Origin: Candidatus Omnitrophota bacterium
GTDB lineage: Bacteria > Omnitrophota > Gorgyraeia > Gygaellales > Profunditerraquicolaceae
Assembly: GCA_023229385.1 (NCBI GenBank)
Contig: JALNZI010000008.1
Location: 1 to 56,797 of the forward strand
DNA: 56,797 bases
Direction: 5' to 3'
In this document: one piece after another, positions 9,046-17,213 of the stretch
How the letters are laid out: each line of letters begins with the position of its first letter
Numbering within the stretch: position 1 is the first letter of the stretch
The notes under the pieces: generated by a model
The model's database searches: none
The model's input: only the letters and a program-made list of their open reading frames with translations
Told to the model about the DNA's origin: nothing
Translations under genes and position numbers: made by a program

Positions 9046-10290
9046 TTAAAAAGGTAATGTTAATAATTCAAATTCTTTCATTTGTTTCATAGCTAAACGA
9101 TATTCGTTAATTGAATCATAAGCACAATATTTTAATGTTTCTTTTTTACCTTCCGGTGTTGCAAAATATTCAAGTAAACGATTCATAGAATTTGCATTCT
9201 TTTCATCAATTGCTTGTAAATAAGGTTCCACAGTACTCGAATAATCAATAATGCCAAAATTAACATAGGTTTGAAATTTTAAGTTGGTAATACCTGTACG
9301 ATTATCCAATATATGTGCTGCTAACATAGCATCATGATACCAACTTTTAACCCTAGTTTTTAGTTTAACCCAACTCCAAGTTTCTTCAAATTTCATATTA
9401 TGTGAAAACTTTTTAATATACTTATTATTTAGTAAATTAATAAAAGGTTCTCTTTTTTCAATTTCATTAGGCATTGTAAAAACATAAACATTATCTTCAT
9501 CTGTTGCAACAGAACAACAAACAATTTTATGACTTTTAGCATAAGGTTTTAAACCTGTCGTTTCATAATCAAATGCAATCATTGCATTGTTTGGTATTTG
9601 TTCTAAAACACTTAAATCTGTTATATAATTAATAGTAGGTTCTTGATAAACTGGAAATTCTTTATCTAAAATTGCTAAAGCATTTTTTAAATCTTTTTCA
9701 AATATATTTGCAACTTCTACACGATTACTTTGCTGCACAAATGATGGTAAAAAAACAGGTGCAATCCAACATTTAAGTTCCTGATCAGGTATTATAAAGC
9801 CACGCCATTTATCAATACCTTCCAAAGATTTTTTCCAACGTGAACCAATTACACTTGTTAATGCAATTTTTCCAAACAAAACAATTAACTTAGGTTTGTA
9901 TTGTTGTATGATACGAAAAATATTTAACTGGCAACAACTAATTTCCTTTGCAGTAGGTATTCTACTTTTACCTGTTTCTTTATCATAAGTAAAACAACGT
10001 ACAGCATTTATGTTTATACAATCTTTTTCAATATCAATTCCTAATTTATTATAAACATGATAAATATAATTTTCACTACCCTGAAATGGTTTACTTAATT
10101 GGTCATCTTGAAAGCTTGTAAAGCTACCAATATTCATAATACCTTTTTTAAATTGACCAAAAGGTTCCATTTTAGGGTTAGGGCAATTTATATCATTTTT
10201 ATACAAACCACAACTATAACATGAAAATCCTCTTTTTTTAACAGAGAAATTATCAATTTTTGTTTCTTGTTTTGTAAAGAATCCAGTCAT
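9046..10290 (-). CDS. polA: family A DNA polymerase N-terminal part: UDG family 4-like domain plus 3'-5' exonuclease domain
   Basis: The N-terminal Cys cluster SCYSCGLYKNDINCPNP...KGIMNIGS resembles the family-4 UDG CxxCxL...IGExPG block, with the catalytic GEAPG replaced. Exo I is IAFDYETTGL, Exo II WYHDAMLAAHILD and Exo III YCAYDSINEY. Confidence 0.7.
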   Translation of the reverse strand: MTGFFTKQETKIDNFSVKKRGFSCYSCGLYKNDINCPNPKMEPFGQFKKGIMNIGSFTSFQDDQLSKPFQGSENYIYHVYNKLGIDIEKDCININAVRCFTYDKETGKSRIPTAKEISCCQLNIFRIIQQYKPKLIVLFGKIALTSVIGSRWKKSLEGIDKWRGFIIPDQELKCWIAPVFLPSFVQQSNRVEVANIFEKDLKNALAILDKEFPVYQEPTINYITDLSVLEQIPNNAMIAFDYETTGLKPYAKSHKIVCCSVATDEDNVYVFTMPNEIEKREPFINLLNNKYIKKFSHNMKFEETWSWVKLKTRVKSWYHDAMLAAHILDNRTGITNLKFQTYVNFGIIDYSSTVEPYLQAIDEKNANSMNRLLEYFATPEGKKETLKYCAYDSINEYRLAMKQMKEFELLTLPF

Positions 10291-11315
10291 TATTGTTCTT
10301 TTATACTTAAAGTTGTAAGGTAAGTCCAGTCTTTAGTTTGAAAATACAATATATTCTTATTTAAAATACATTCATCTGTGTATGTTAAAATATCCTTTAA
10401 CATACTTGCTTTTATTGAAAAAACAATTAGTTCACCGGTATATTGTATTTTCATTTTTTCTCTAAACCAACTACTATCAGATTTACTTTTTATTGTAATA
10501 ATGTTTTCATTTATTTCAATATCAATAGTATCTACAATACCTTGTTCTTTATTGGTAAAAATAATAGCTTTATCCAAAACTTCATTTAAACTTTTTGGAA
10601 AAACAATTTTTTTACCTTTAATATTTTTTAAATATTTTGATGTGTCAACAAATGTTTCTTTATAAGTACGGCATGAAATAATTGTACCTTCTTTTGTACG
10701 AAAATGGACCCAACCGTTGCCTTCTGAAACTTTTGTAGGGTTTAATTTAATCAAAGTATTTATAGATGTTGCAGGAATTAAACAAGTATCAATTGGTAAT
10801 TCATTATCTAATTTACAATGCATTATTCTTAAATTATCACAACTTTCAATAAAACCACTTTTATTAATATGTACACAAATTAGTTTTGGATCACTTACAT
10901 CACTTGAACAGCCTATTACAACAAATTTCAAAAATTCTATAAATTTATCAGGTAATTTAAACCATTTATTTTTTACAGAAATTTCTTCATCTAAAGGTAG
11001 TTTAATTTCTTCAATTAATGTAAATCCTGAAATAGATTTACCTGCTTTTAATACAATTTCTTGTTTTTCATTTTTTGTAATATCAATTTCTTCATTTTTA
11101 ATTTTTGCAAGAAATTTATAAAGTTCTTCTGCCTTAATTGCACCGGTAATATCTAAATCAGTAATAGGATGGGATATACTTATTTCATCATTATAAGTTA
11201 CTACACAACCATTTACAAAAGCAAATGAAGTGGATTGTTCAATTATTTCTTTATTTGCTAAACCGGGTTTAACAATTTCAAGTGCATGTTTTAATTCTTC
11301 TTTATTAATTTTCAT
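10290..11315 (-). CDS. dnaN: DNA polymerase sliding clamp (beta, DnaN-like)
   Basis: Three-domain size (341 aa). The N-terminus MKINKEELKHALEIVKPGL is like DnaN MKFTVEREHLLKPLQQV, TFVDTSKYL is like FPDYRRVLP, and IQYTGELIVFSIKASMLKDIL is like VTYSGAEMEIGFNVSYVLDVL. Confidence 0.65.
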   Translation of the reverse strand: MKINKEELKHALEIVKPGLANKEIIEQSTSFAFVNGCVVTYNDEISISHPITDLDITGAIKAEELYKFLAKIKNEEIDITKNEKQEIVLKAGKSISGFTLIEEIKLPLDEEISVKNKWFKLPDKFIEFLKFVVIGCSSDVSDPKLICVHINKSGFIESCDNLRIMHCKLDNELPIDTCLIPATSINTLIKLNPTKVSEGNGWVHFRTKEGTIISCRTYKETFVDTSKYLKNIKGKKIVFPKSLNEVLDKAIIFTNKEQGIVDTIDIEINENIITIKSKSDSSWFREKMKIQYTGELIVFSIKASMLKDILTYTDECILNKNILYFQTKDWTYLTTLSIKEQ

Positions 11316-12448
11316 AATTTTATTTTGATTAAACCATATTTTAAATGGAAATATTTTTTAATAATATTTGGAAAATTCATTTTAAACCTCAATAAACTCT
11401 TATTGTTTTTACTTGCTTGCATAAATGACATTTTTTTAAAAATTGCGGGAACATTACACCATCCACTTAATGCCATATAAAAAGAAGGAAAAGGACTTTT
11501 TCTCCATTTTTCAAATTTCATTATATATGGTAAGCATTCATATTTCATTAGAATATTAAGTCTTTCAAATATTTCAACCAAATCATTTTCCCAAAACTTG
11601 TCATCATATTTGTTATTTTTATCAAATGCACAAAATATATAAAATTTAGGAATTTTGTTTGGCATATACTTTTTAAACAATTTTATTTTTTCTTCAATTA
11701 TTTCTTTATCTTCATAATTATCAAATGCAAATATGTAATCACCATCATATTTACTTTCAGATAATATTTTTGCTTTTTTTTCTGTTAATAAGCGTATATC
11801 AAGACCTTGATTATAACAAAAAGGTTTTTTAGTTTCTTGCAATTGTTTGAATATAATTTCCCAATATTTTCCAGAACCAAATACATTATCGTCTAGTAAT
11901 ATAATTTTCTTTCTTTTTTCATCAACAAATTCTGATAATGGACTATGCAATGTTACAGTTTTAACACCTCTATTGAAACAAAAAGAACATTGTCTAAAAC
12001 ATCCTCTCGTTGTGAATCCGATAGAATAATCTAAATAATTTTTAAAATATTTTCTTTGTCTTCTTTTAAATCTAATTTCATTTTTTATCCATTCATCATA
12101 TAAGTGATAATCAGGAAAGTGATGTTCTATTTCATCAGGTAATCTTGGTGTTTTTGAATACTCTGGTTCTTTTTGTCCTTTTTCATAAAAAAATCCTGAT
12201 CCACCATATTCAACAAATGGTAATTTTAAAATAAATTTTGGTATGTGTGAATCAGTAAAAACTTTTGAAACAAAAACTTTATCATATTTGCTTTGAAAAA
12301 GAGCACTTGGACTAAGCTCTTCAAAAGAAATAAGTTTTACTTTATGTCCAAGTGCTTTATAATAACCTGATAATTTCATCAAAGCAAGATTGGGAAAATT
12401 ATGATGTTTTCTACTGATTAGTTCAACATCAATCATTCCAATATACAT
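11312..12448 (-). CDS. radical SAM enzyme with N-terminal B12-binding-like domain
   Basis: GFTTRGCFRQCSFCFN is a CxxxCxxC radical-SAM cluster motif, and an N-terminal Rossmann-like block MIDVELISRKHHNFPNLALMKLSGYYKALGHKV precedes it. Confidence 0.65.
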   Translation of the reverse strand: MYIGMIDVELISRKHHNFPNLALMKLSGYYKALGHKVKLISFEELSPSALFQSKYDKVFVSKVFTDSHIPKFILKLPFVEYGGSGFFYEKGQKEPEYSKTPRLPDEIEHHFPDYHLYDEWIKNEIRFKRRQRKYFKNYLDYSIGFTTRGCFRQCSFCFNRGVKTVTLHSPLSEFVDEKRKKIILLDDNVFGSGKYWEIIFKQLQETKKPFCYNQGLDIRLLTEKKAKILSESKYDGDYIFAFDNYEDKEIIEEKIKLFKKYMPNKIPKFYIFCAFDKNNKYDDKFWENDLVEIFERLNILMKYECLPYIMKFEKWRKSPFPSFYMALSGWCNVPAIFKKMSFMQASKNNKSLLRFKMNFPNIIKKYFHLKYGLIKIKL

Positions 12449-12467
12449 GATTTATTTATTTGGATTT

Positions 12468-13511
12468 TTATATTTTTTTTACATCTTCTGCATGTTTGTA
12501 GAAGTTTTTTTCGGTGGTAAGAATCATGTACCAAAAACGTTTACTCTGTTTGTGCCAAAAGTACTTTTCAAGTTTTCCTTTTCTTTTTTCTCCTGTTTTG
12601 TCAGTAAAAGTTACCGTATCACCTTTAGCAAATCCTTTAGGCCATTCAACTTTAGCATGTTTTTCTACTTGTTCTTTAACTTTTTTAGCAGGTTTTTCTA
12701 CCTTTTTCTCTGTGGTAAGACCTTGTTCAGCAAGAATATCAAGCATTTTCTTTTTAAGGGAAAATACACTTGATTTAGCTAGTAATGATTTACGTTTCTT
12801 TTTAAACTCGTCATTTTCCTTTACCAAATTTTGCAAATCAGCTTTTTTAGCTGTTTCTTTTACCGTTATTGCAAGATTTTCTTCTTCATCCTCTTCTTCA
12901 TCCTCTTCTTCTTCTGGTTCAGGAACAATTATCTTTTTATTTTTTTTAACGGGTTCAGGTTTATCTTTTTCATTACCTTTTTTTACTGGTGGTAAGTCTT
13001 CATCTTCATCTTCATCAGGTTCAGGTTCAATTACTTTTTTACCTTTTTTTATAGGAATAGGTTCAGGTTTATCTTTTTCATTACCTTTTTTTACTGGTGG
13101 TAAGTCTTCATCTTCATCTTCATCTTCATCAGCATCTTCGTCCTCATCAGCATCTTCGTCCTCATCCTCGTCTTCATCAGCATCTTCGTCCTCATCAGCA
13201 TCTTCATCCTCATCTTCATCCTGATCAGCATCTTCGTCTTCATCAGCATCTTCATCCTCATCTTCATCCTGATCAGCATCTTCGTCTTCATCCTCTGTGC
13301 CATACTTTTCAGCTAAGCCGTCAAAAATGGCCTGTGTAGTTTTGGTAAATTTGTCACCTTCTTCAAACAGTTGAAGAACAGTATCATAAAGTTCCTTTGC
13401 AAATTCATCAAGTTCCATTTCATTATACGCTATTGCAGGATCAACTCCCACAACTTTGTCCAGCTCTTTATAAGCTGCAACCAATTCCTTTTTTGAATAA
13501 TTTTTTGCCAT
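12468..13511 (-). CDS. acidic-repeat protein (EDEDEDADxDE tract plus LPPVKKGNEKDKPEP repeats) with a basic C-terminal domain
   Basis: About 75 aa are purely D/E/A/Q repeats. LPPVKKGNEKDKPEP(I/V) occurs twice, each followed by an acidic run, and there is a C-terminal K-rich domain. Confidence 0.55.
   Translation of the reverse strand: MAKNYSKKELVAAYKELDKVVGVDPAIAYNEMELDEFAKELYDTVLQLFEEGDKFTKTTQAIFDGLAEKYGTEDEDEDADQDEDEDEDADEDEDADQDEDEDEDADEDEDADEDEDEDEDADEDEDADEDEDEDEDLPPVKKGNEKDKPEPIPIKKGKKVIEPEPDEDEDEDLPPVKKGNEKDKPEPVKKNKKIIVPEPEEEEDEEEDEEENLAITVKETAKKADLQNLVKENDEFKKKRKSLLAKSSVFSLKKKMLDILAEQGLTTEKKVEKPAKKVKEQVEKHAKVEWPKGFAKGDTVTFTDKTGEKRKGKLEKYFWHKQSKRFWYMILTTEKNFYKHAEDVKKI
12880..13300. 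repeat. tandem coding repeats (GAT/GAA/GAC-rich 48-bp units, plus a roughly 60-bp unit at about 12950 and 13055)
   Basis: gatcagcatcttcgtcttcatcagcatcttcatcctcatcttcatcct is repeated. ggttcaggtttatctttttcattacctttttttactggtggtaagtcttcatcttcatc is also repeated. Confidence 0.8.
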
Positions 13512-13666
13512 AATAAATAAATTTTGATTAAATAAATAAATAATTAAGTTAAATATAAGGTTTTTAAACCGTTTTCAATTAAAATACAAATATAGTATTA
13601 TTTTTAACAAAAACAAATAAATTTAAAGTTTTTTTTAATATTTTATTAAAAATTGTTATATAATGT

Positions 13667-13799
13667 AAAAATAACAGGGGTAAAATTACAAAAAGTGCTT
13701 ATTATGTTAAATAAAATTAAAACATCATTTAAAAACAAGTTACTACATGAAGTTAAAAGAACGCCCGGGCGTCACCGTAGCCGGTTCCCTGTTATTTTT
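13667..13799. repeat. 13-bp perfect inverted repeat (AAAAATAACAGGG ... CCCTGTTATTTTT) enclosing a GC-rich palindrome
   Basis: Arms at 13667-13679 and 13787-13799. ACGCCCGGGCGT is at 13761-13772 and ACCGTAGCCGGT follows it, then a T-run on the plus strand. Confidence 0.6.
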
Positions 13800-13809
13800 A
13801 TTATTATTA

Positions 13810-14040
13810 TTATGTATTTCGTAATTCATAAACTTCATCATTATCAAGTAAACGAACATCTACATCAGTACCATCAACAACACATAATACAGAAGAATCA
13901 AAATCAATAAATCCTTCTTTAATATGTAAAAGTACGTGTCCATGATCAATACAAATATTTTTAACAGTAATCATAAGATCACCTACTTTTGTATCAACAG
14001 CCTTTATTATCGAGTTTTGTCTTATTAATTTACCTTTCAT
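13810..14040 (-). CDS. hypothetical protein
   Basis: 76-aa ORF. Confidence 0.3.
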   Translation of the reverse strand: MKGKLIRQNSIIKAVDTKVGDLMITVKNICIDHGHVLLHIKEGFIDFDSSVLCVVDGTDVDVRLLDNDEVYELRNT

Positions 14041-14052
14041 TTTTATAAATTT

Positions 14053-14373
14053 TTAATCACTATCTTTCATATCTTGCTCTGGCAGATATGTATCCGTCAT
14101 TTTTTCTTCTTCATAATTTTTATCAGTTTTAAGATTTTCTAACATACGCATACACATAGCAGCAGTTTGTTTTAATTCCATTTTTACATCTTCAATAGAA
14201 CCACATCCATCTATATAATGTAAAACAGCTTTAGTTACTTCACCAGCTTCTTCTTGCATTATAGCAAGTTGTTCCAACATATCCTTTGGATATTTTGGAT
14301 GAATCCTTTTTGCACGTTGTAATTCATGATCTATTGCCATGTACTTTTCTAAACGATTTGATTCTGCATTCAT
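14053..14373 (-). CDS. MazG-like NTP pyrophosphohydrolase (second copy)
   Basis: LAIMQEEAGEVTKAV is an EExGE core. Confidence 0.4.
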   Translation of the reverse strand: MNAESNRLEKYMAIDHELQRAKRIHPKYPKDMLEQLAIMQEEAGEVTKAVLHYIDGCGSIEDVKMELKQTAAMCMRMLENLKTDKNYEEEKMTDTYLPEQDMKDSD

Positions 14374-14403
14374 TTTTTTAACTTTTTAATTTTAATATAC
14401 TAA

Positions 14404-14778
14404 TTAACGTTTTATCCAAATAACTTCTTTTTTATCTGGTATGGTTTCTATTACTCTTTGTTTGCATCTTTCACAGATGTAAGATATATAGTGATCAGAT
14501 GGAGTCACCATATATGAGATACTGTCTAAGTCTAAAATGTATAATTTTGCATAAATAGAATAACGTTTTATGTCTTTCCCAAAAACATGCCCTCTTTCCT
14601 TACAGTACTTGTTTACAGAATCTGAATTATTGTATGTAGTTAACTCTTTAATTCTTTCTTTATAAATAGAATCATCCTTTTCTTGTGCTACTTTCAATAT
14701 GGACTCATAACGATTTACTTGTGCTGATATATTTACACAAATAAATAAGAACAATAAAATAATAAATACTTTTTTCAT
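14404..14778 (-). CDS. secreted protein (signal peptide ending in SAQ)
   Basis: MKKVFIILLFLFICVNISAQ is a signal peptide, and the mature protein is Cys-containing. Confidence 0.45.
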   Translation of the reverse strand: MKKVFIILLFLFICVNISAQVNRYESILKVAQEKDDSIYKERIKELTTYNNSDSVNKYCKERGHVFGKDIKRYSIYAKLYILDLDSISYMVTPSDHYISYICERCKQRVIETIPDKKEVIWIKR

Positions 14779-14838
14779 TTTTTCATTTTAATTTAAATAT
14801 GAAGTACTTTTTCAATAAAAACATCATCTGGCATATAG

Positions 14839-15012
14839 TCAGCCCCCATAATATGTTTTATATTCCCTACCTCTTTTTGCACGTATATATCTTATTTGTG
14901 GTCCACGATAATTAATAACACCTGTACCTGCCATTTCATAAGTTTTTACACATAAATTATCATGTTCTTTTTTTAACAATTGCAATTGTTTTATCAAATC
15001 TGAAATTTTCAT
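14839..15012 (-). CDS. small hypothetical protein (57 aa)
   Basis: MKISDLIKQLQLLKKEHDNLCVKTYEMAGTGVINYRGPQIRYIRAKRGREYKTYYGG. It fills the gap between two genes. Confidence 0.25.
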   Translation of the reverse strand: MKISDLIKQLQLLKKEHDNLCVKTYEMAGTGVINYRGPQIRYIRAKRGREYKTYYGG

Positions 15013-15014
15013 AA

Positions 15015-15260
15015 TCAAAAATTGTTTTTTAGTTCTAAAATATTGTTAGCTATACAAGCAAATTGATTATGTTCTGCAAGTAAATTAAGTAATTGTACAA
15101 AAACTTCATGTCTATTACTTTCTATGTGCTTTATATAATCAATATTTCTTTCAAGTTCACTAATCTTATTTTTTAATTCACGATTTTCATTTTGAACATT
15201 ACGTAGTTCCCATTTGTCTGCTTTTTCTTTTAATGCACTTTCAAATTCATAATTATTCAT
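15015..15260 (-). CDS. coiled-coil hypothetical protein
   Basis: ORF rich in E/K/L. Confidence 0.3.
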   Translation of the reverse strand: MNNYEFESALKEKADKWELRNVQNENRELKNKISELERNIDYIKHIESNRHEVFVQLLNLLAEHNQFACIANNILELKNNF

Positions 15261-15652
15261 AGCTTTTTAATTTTAATATTGTAAAACATATTTATTGGTT
15301 CATTCTTATCAACTAAAATATCTATTTTATTACTCCAACGTTTATTCATTAAATCTTCAACAAAATAGATACCATCATAAATTTCAGTTCCAGTAATTAA
15401 AACCTTATCACCAAAATTAAAGAATTTTAATAAATCTCTGCTTATGGCAATAAACTTATAATCATTATAATTTTCTGTCTTTATTTCTTTTAAGCTGGCT
15501 GTAGTTGTTCCTGTTTTGTATATTGTTGCAGTAACAATAAATTCATTAAAACTATGATCAAAATGAATTATATAGTTTTTAATAAATTTTTGTTCATTAT
15601 GCAAATGGAATATACAAAACAATAGGATTATTATAATTAATAATTTTTTCAT
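15257..15652 (-). CDS. secreted/membrane-anchored hypothetical protein
   Basis: N-terminal MKKLLIIIILLFCIFHLHNEQ. Confidence 0.4.
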   Translation of the reverse strand: MKKLLIIIILLFCIFHLHNEQKFIKNYIIHFDHSFNEFIVTATIYKTGTTTASLKEIKTENYNDYKFIAISRDLLKFFNFGDKVLITGTEIYDGIYFVEDLMNKRWSNKIDILVDKNEPINMFYNIKIKKL

Positions 15653-15664
15653 ATTTATTTTTTA

Positions 15665-17206
15665 TTAATAAAAACTTCCTAAAAATGGTCGGCCAATTTG
15701 CAAACGTTGTAAAACATAGACTTCTTGTGAACTATGAAAATCACCTTCACGTATTACAATCTTATTTATACGCATTATTCCTAATTCTTTTTCACGTCCG
15801 GTTTGATCCTGATTTAAGCCATACATAGCCGTAACATGGCCATACTTACGTTTATCCTCAGAAAAGTTAGTCATTTCCAAACGATCTTTATTATAACTCA
15901 TTGCATCTGATTGAGTAGGAGCTACAACTAAACAATTTTCTTCCTGTGAAATAGCTCGTAAACCTTGCCATATTGCATTCTGTTGATGTCTAAACTCTTT
16001 TAGAAAACCAGAATAAGCTAGTAAATCAGCATAATCAATTAATATTACATCAGCAATAAAACCTTGTTCACGCCATTTACGTAATTTTTCTTTTACTTTT
16101 TCAATGGTTAATGTCCCATTTGGATATGTTATAAGTTTTATTTTCCTTTTTACTTTAATAAAAAATCTTTTAACTTTTATTTTTGCTTCACGTGTATTCA
16201 ATGGGGACTTAATAAAAATCTCTTTTAACCAGACTGCTCCCCATTTATTCCTTGACCAGTCAACACAATTATAACAAGGTTTATATAATGGGTTATCTTT
16301 GTAAGCTTCTATTAATTCTTGTTTGGTTACAGTTTTTCTTATTTCAGTTTCAGGCTTAGTAAAAATACCAAATTTACATTCCCTTATTTTTTTATTACAA
16401 GTATTACATTGATTTTTAATGCAGTCTTGTACTGGAATATATTGTTGACCACAATATTTTTCAAGGTTAGATTTTCTTGCTAAGTAAATACATATACGTA
16501 TTAATTGTTGATTTTCAGTCATATCACCTGCCTGGAATAATGCTACTTTTTGCTTTTGTTTGTAGGCTTGCATCATTAATTCTAATAGCTGAAAAGTTTT
16601 CCCGCGTTTTTCTGGACTTAAAATACTAACAAAAGCACCCCTGACTAATTGATCATTCCAAAATTCACCTAAAGCACCGGGAAAGTGAATAACATTTTGA
16701 TAAGTTGTATCAAAAGCACTTTCTATTTTATTTAGTACTTCCGGTTCTGATAAATCTAATTCGTTTTCATTGTCATTTTCTTTAAGACTTTTAAAATTTT
16801 CAGCCAATTTTATTGCCTCGTCCACTTTATGTTTGACTAACATGGCTGTAATAGCCTCTGAATGCAACGTGAGAAGCCTTTCCTTAAAGTATTTTTTGGT
16901 TTGGGCTAAAATGTACGTTACATTGATTTTACCTTGCTCAAACTCGTTTGAGAGGCTAGGTAATATTTCTTGCTCTATCTCTAAAGCTAGGGTTTTTTCA
17001 ATATTACCCTCTTTTAATTTTTGTATGTAAATAGTTTCAATATCCCTTACAGGGGCAACCCTATATTTTTTGAAATATTCCCAACACCAGTTAGATATTA
17101 AACGTGCCGTTGCACTTTCAATAAACTCAGGATTCCATTCTGATTCTAATTGACGTAAATATTCGGTTTGGGTGATAAGGGATATTATAATTTTTCTTTC
17201 AATCAT
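15665..17206 (-). CDS. dnaB: DnaB-like replicative helicase with an inserted Cys-rich segment
   Basis: Walker A-like ILSPEKRGKTF and Walker B-like VILIDYADLL. Inserted Cys segment: CGQQYIPVQDCIKNQCNTCNKKIRECKFG...CYNCVDW. Confidence 0.55.
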   Translation of the reverse strand: MIERKIIISLITQTEYLRQLESEWNPEFIESATARLISNWCWEYFKKYRVAPVRDIETIYIQKLKEGNIEKTLALEIEQEILPSLSNEFEQGKINVTYILAQTKKYFKERLLTLHSEAITAMLVKHKVDEAIKLAENFKSLKENDNENELDLSEPEVLNKIESAFDTTYQNVIHFPGALGEFWNDQLVRGAFVSILSPEKRGKTFQLLELMMQAYKQKQKVALFQAGDMTENQQLIRICIYLARKSNLEKYCGQQYIPVQDCIKNQCNTCNKKIRECKFGIFTKPETEIRKTVTKQELIEAYKDNPLYKPCYNCVDWSRNKWGAVWLKEIFIKSPLNTREAKIKVKRFFIKVKRKIKLITYPNGTLTIEKVKEKLRKWREQGFIADVILIDYADLLAYSGFLKEFRHQQNAIWQGLRAISQEENCLVVAPTQSDAMSYNKDRLEMTNFSEDKRKYGHVTAMYGLNQDQTGREKELGIMRINKIVIREGDFHSSQEVYVLQRLQIGRPFLGSFY

Positions 17207-17213
17207 AAAATTA

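Noticed and set aside
12514-13339. Plus-strand ORFs (236 aa poly-Ser; 13097-13339 HLHLH) and minus 13091-13303 (MKMRMKM)
   Set aside because: They are alternative frames of the tandem acidic repeats inside gene 12468-13511.
13653-13910. Plus-strand 85-aa ORF across the 13512-13810 gap
   Set aside because: It overlaps minus gene 13810-14040 and runs through the inverted repeat and GC palindromes. Its composition is not protein-like. The region is treated as non-coding.
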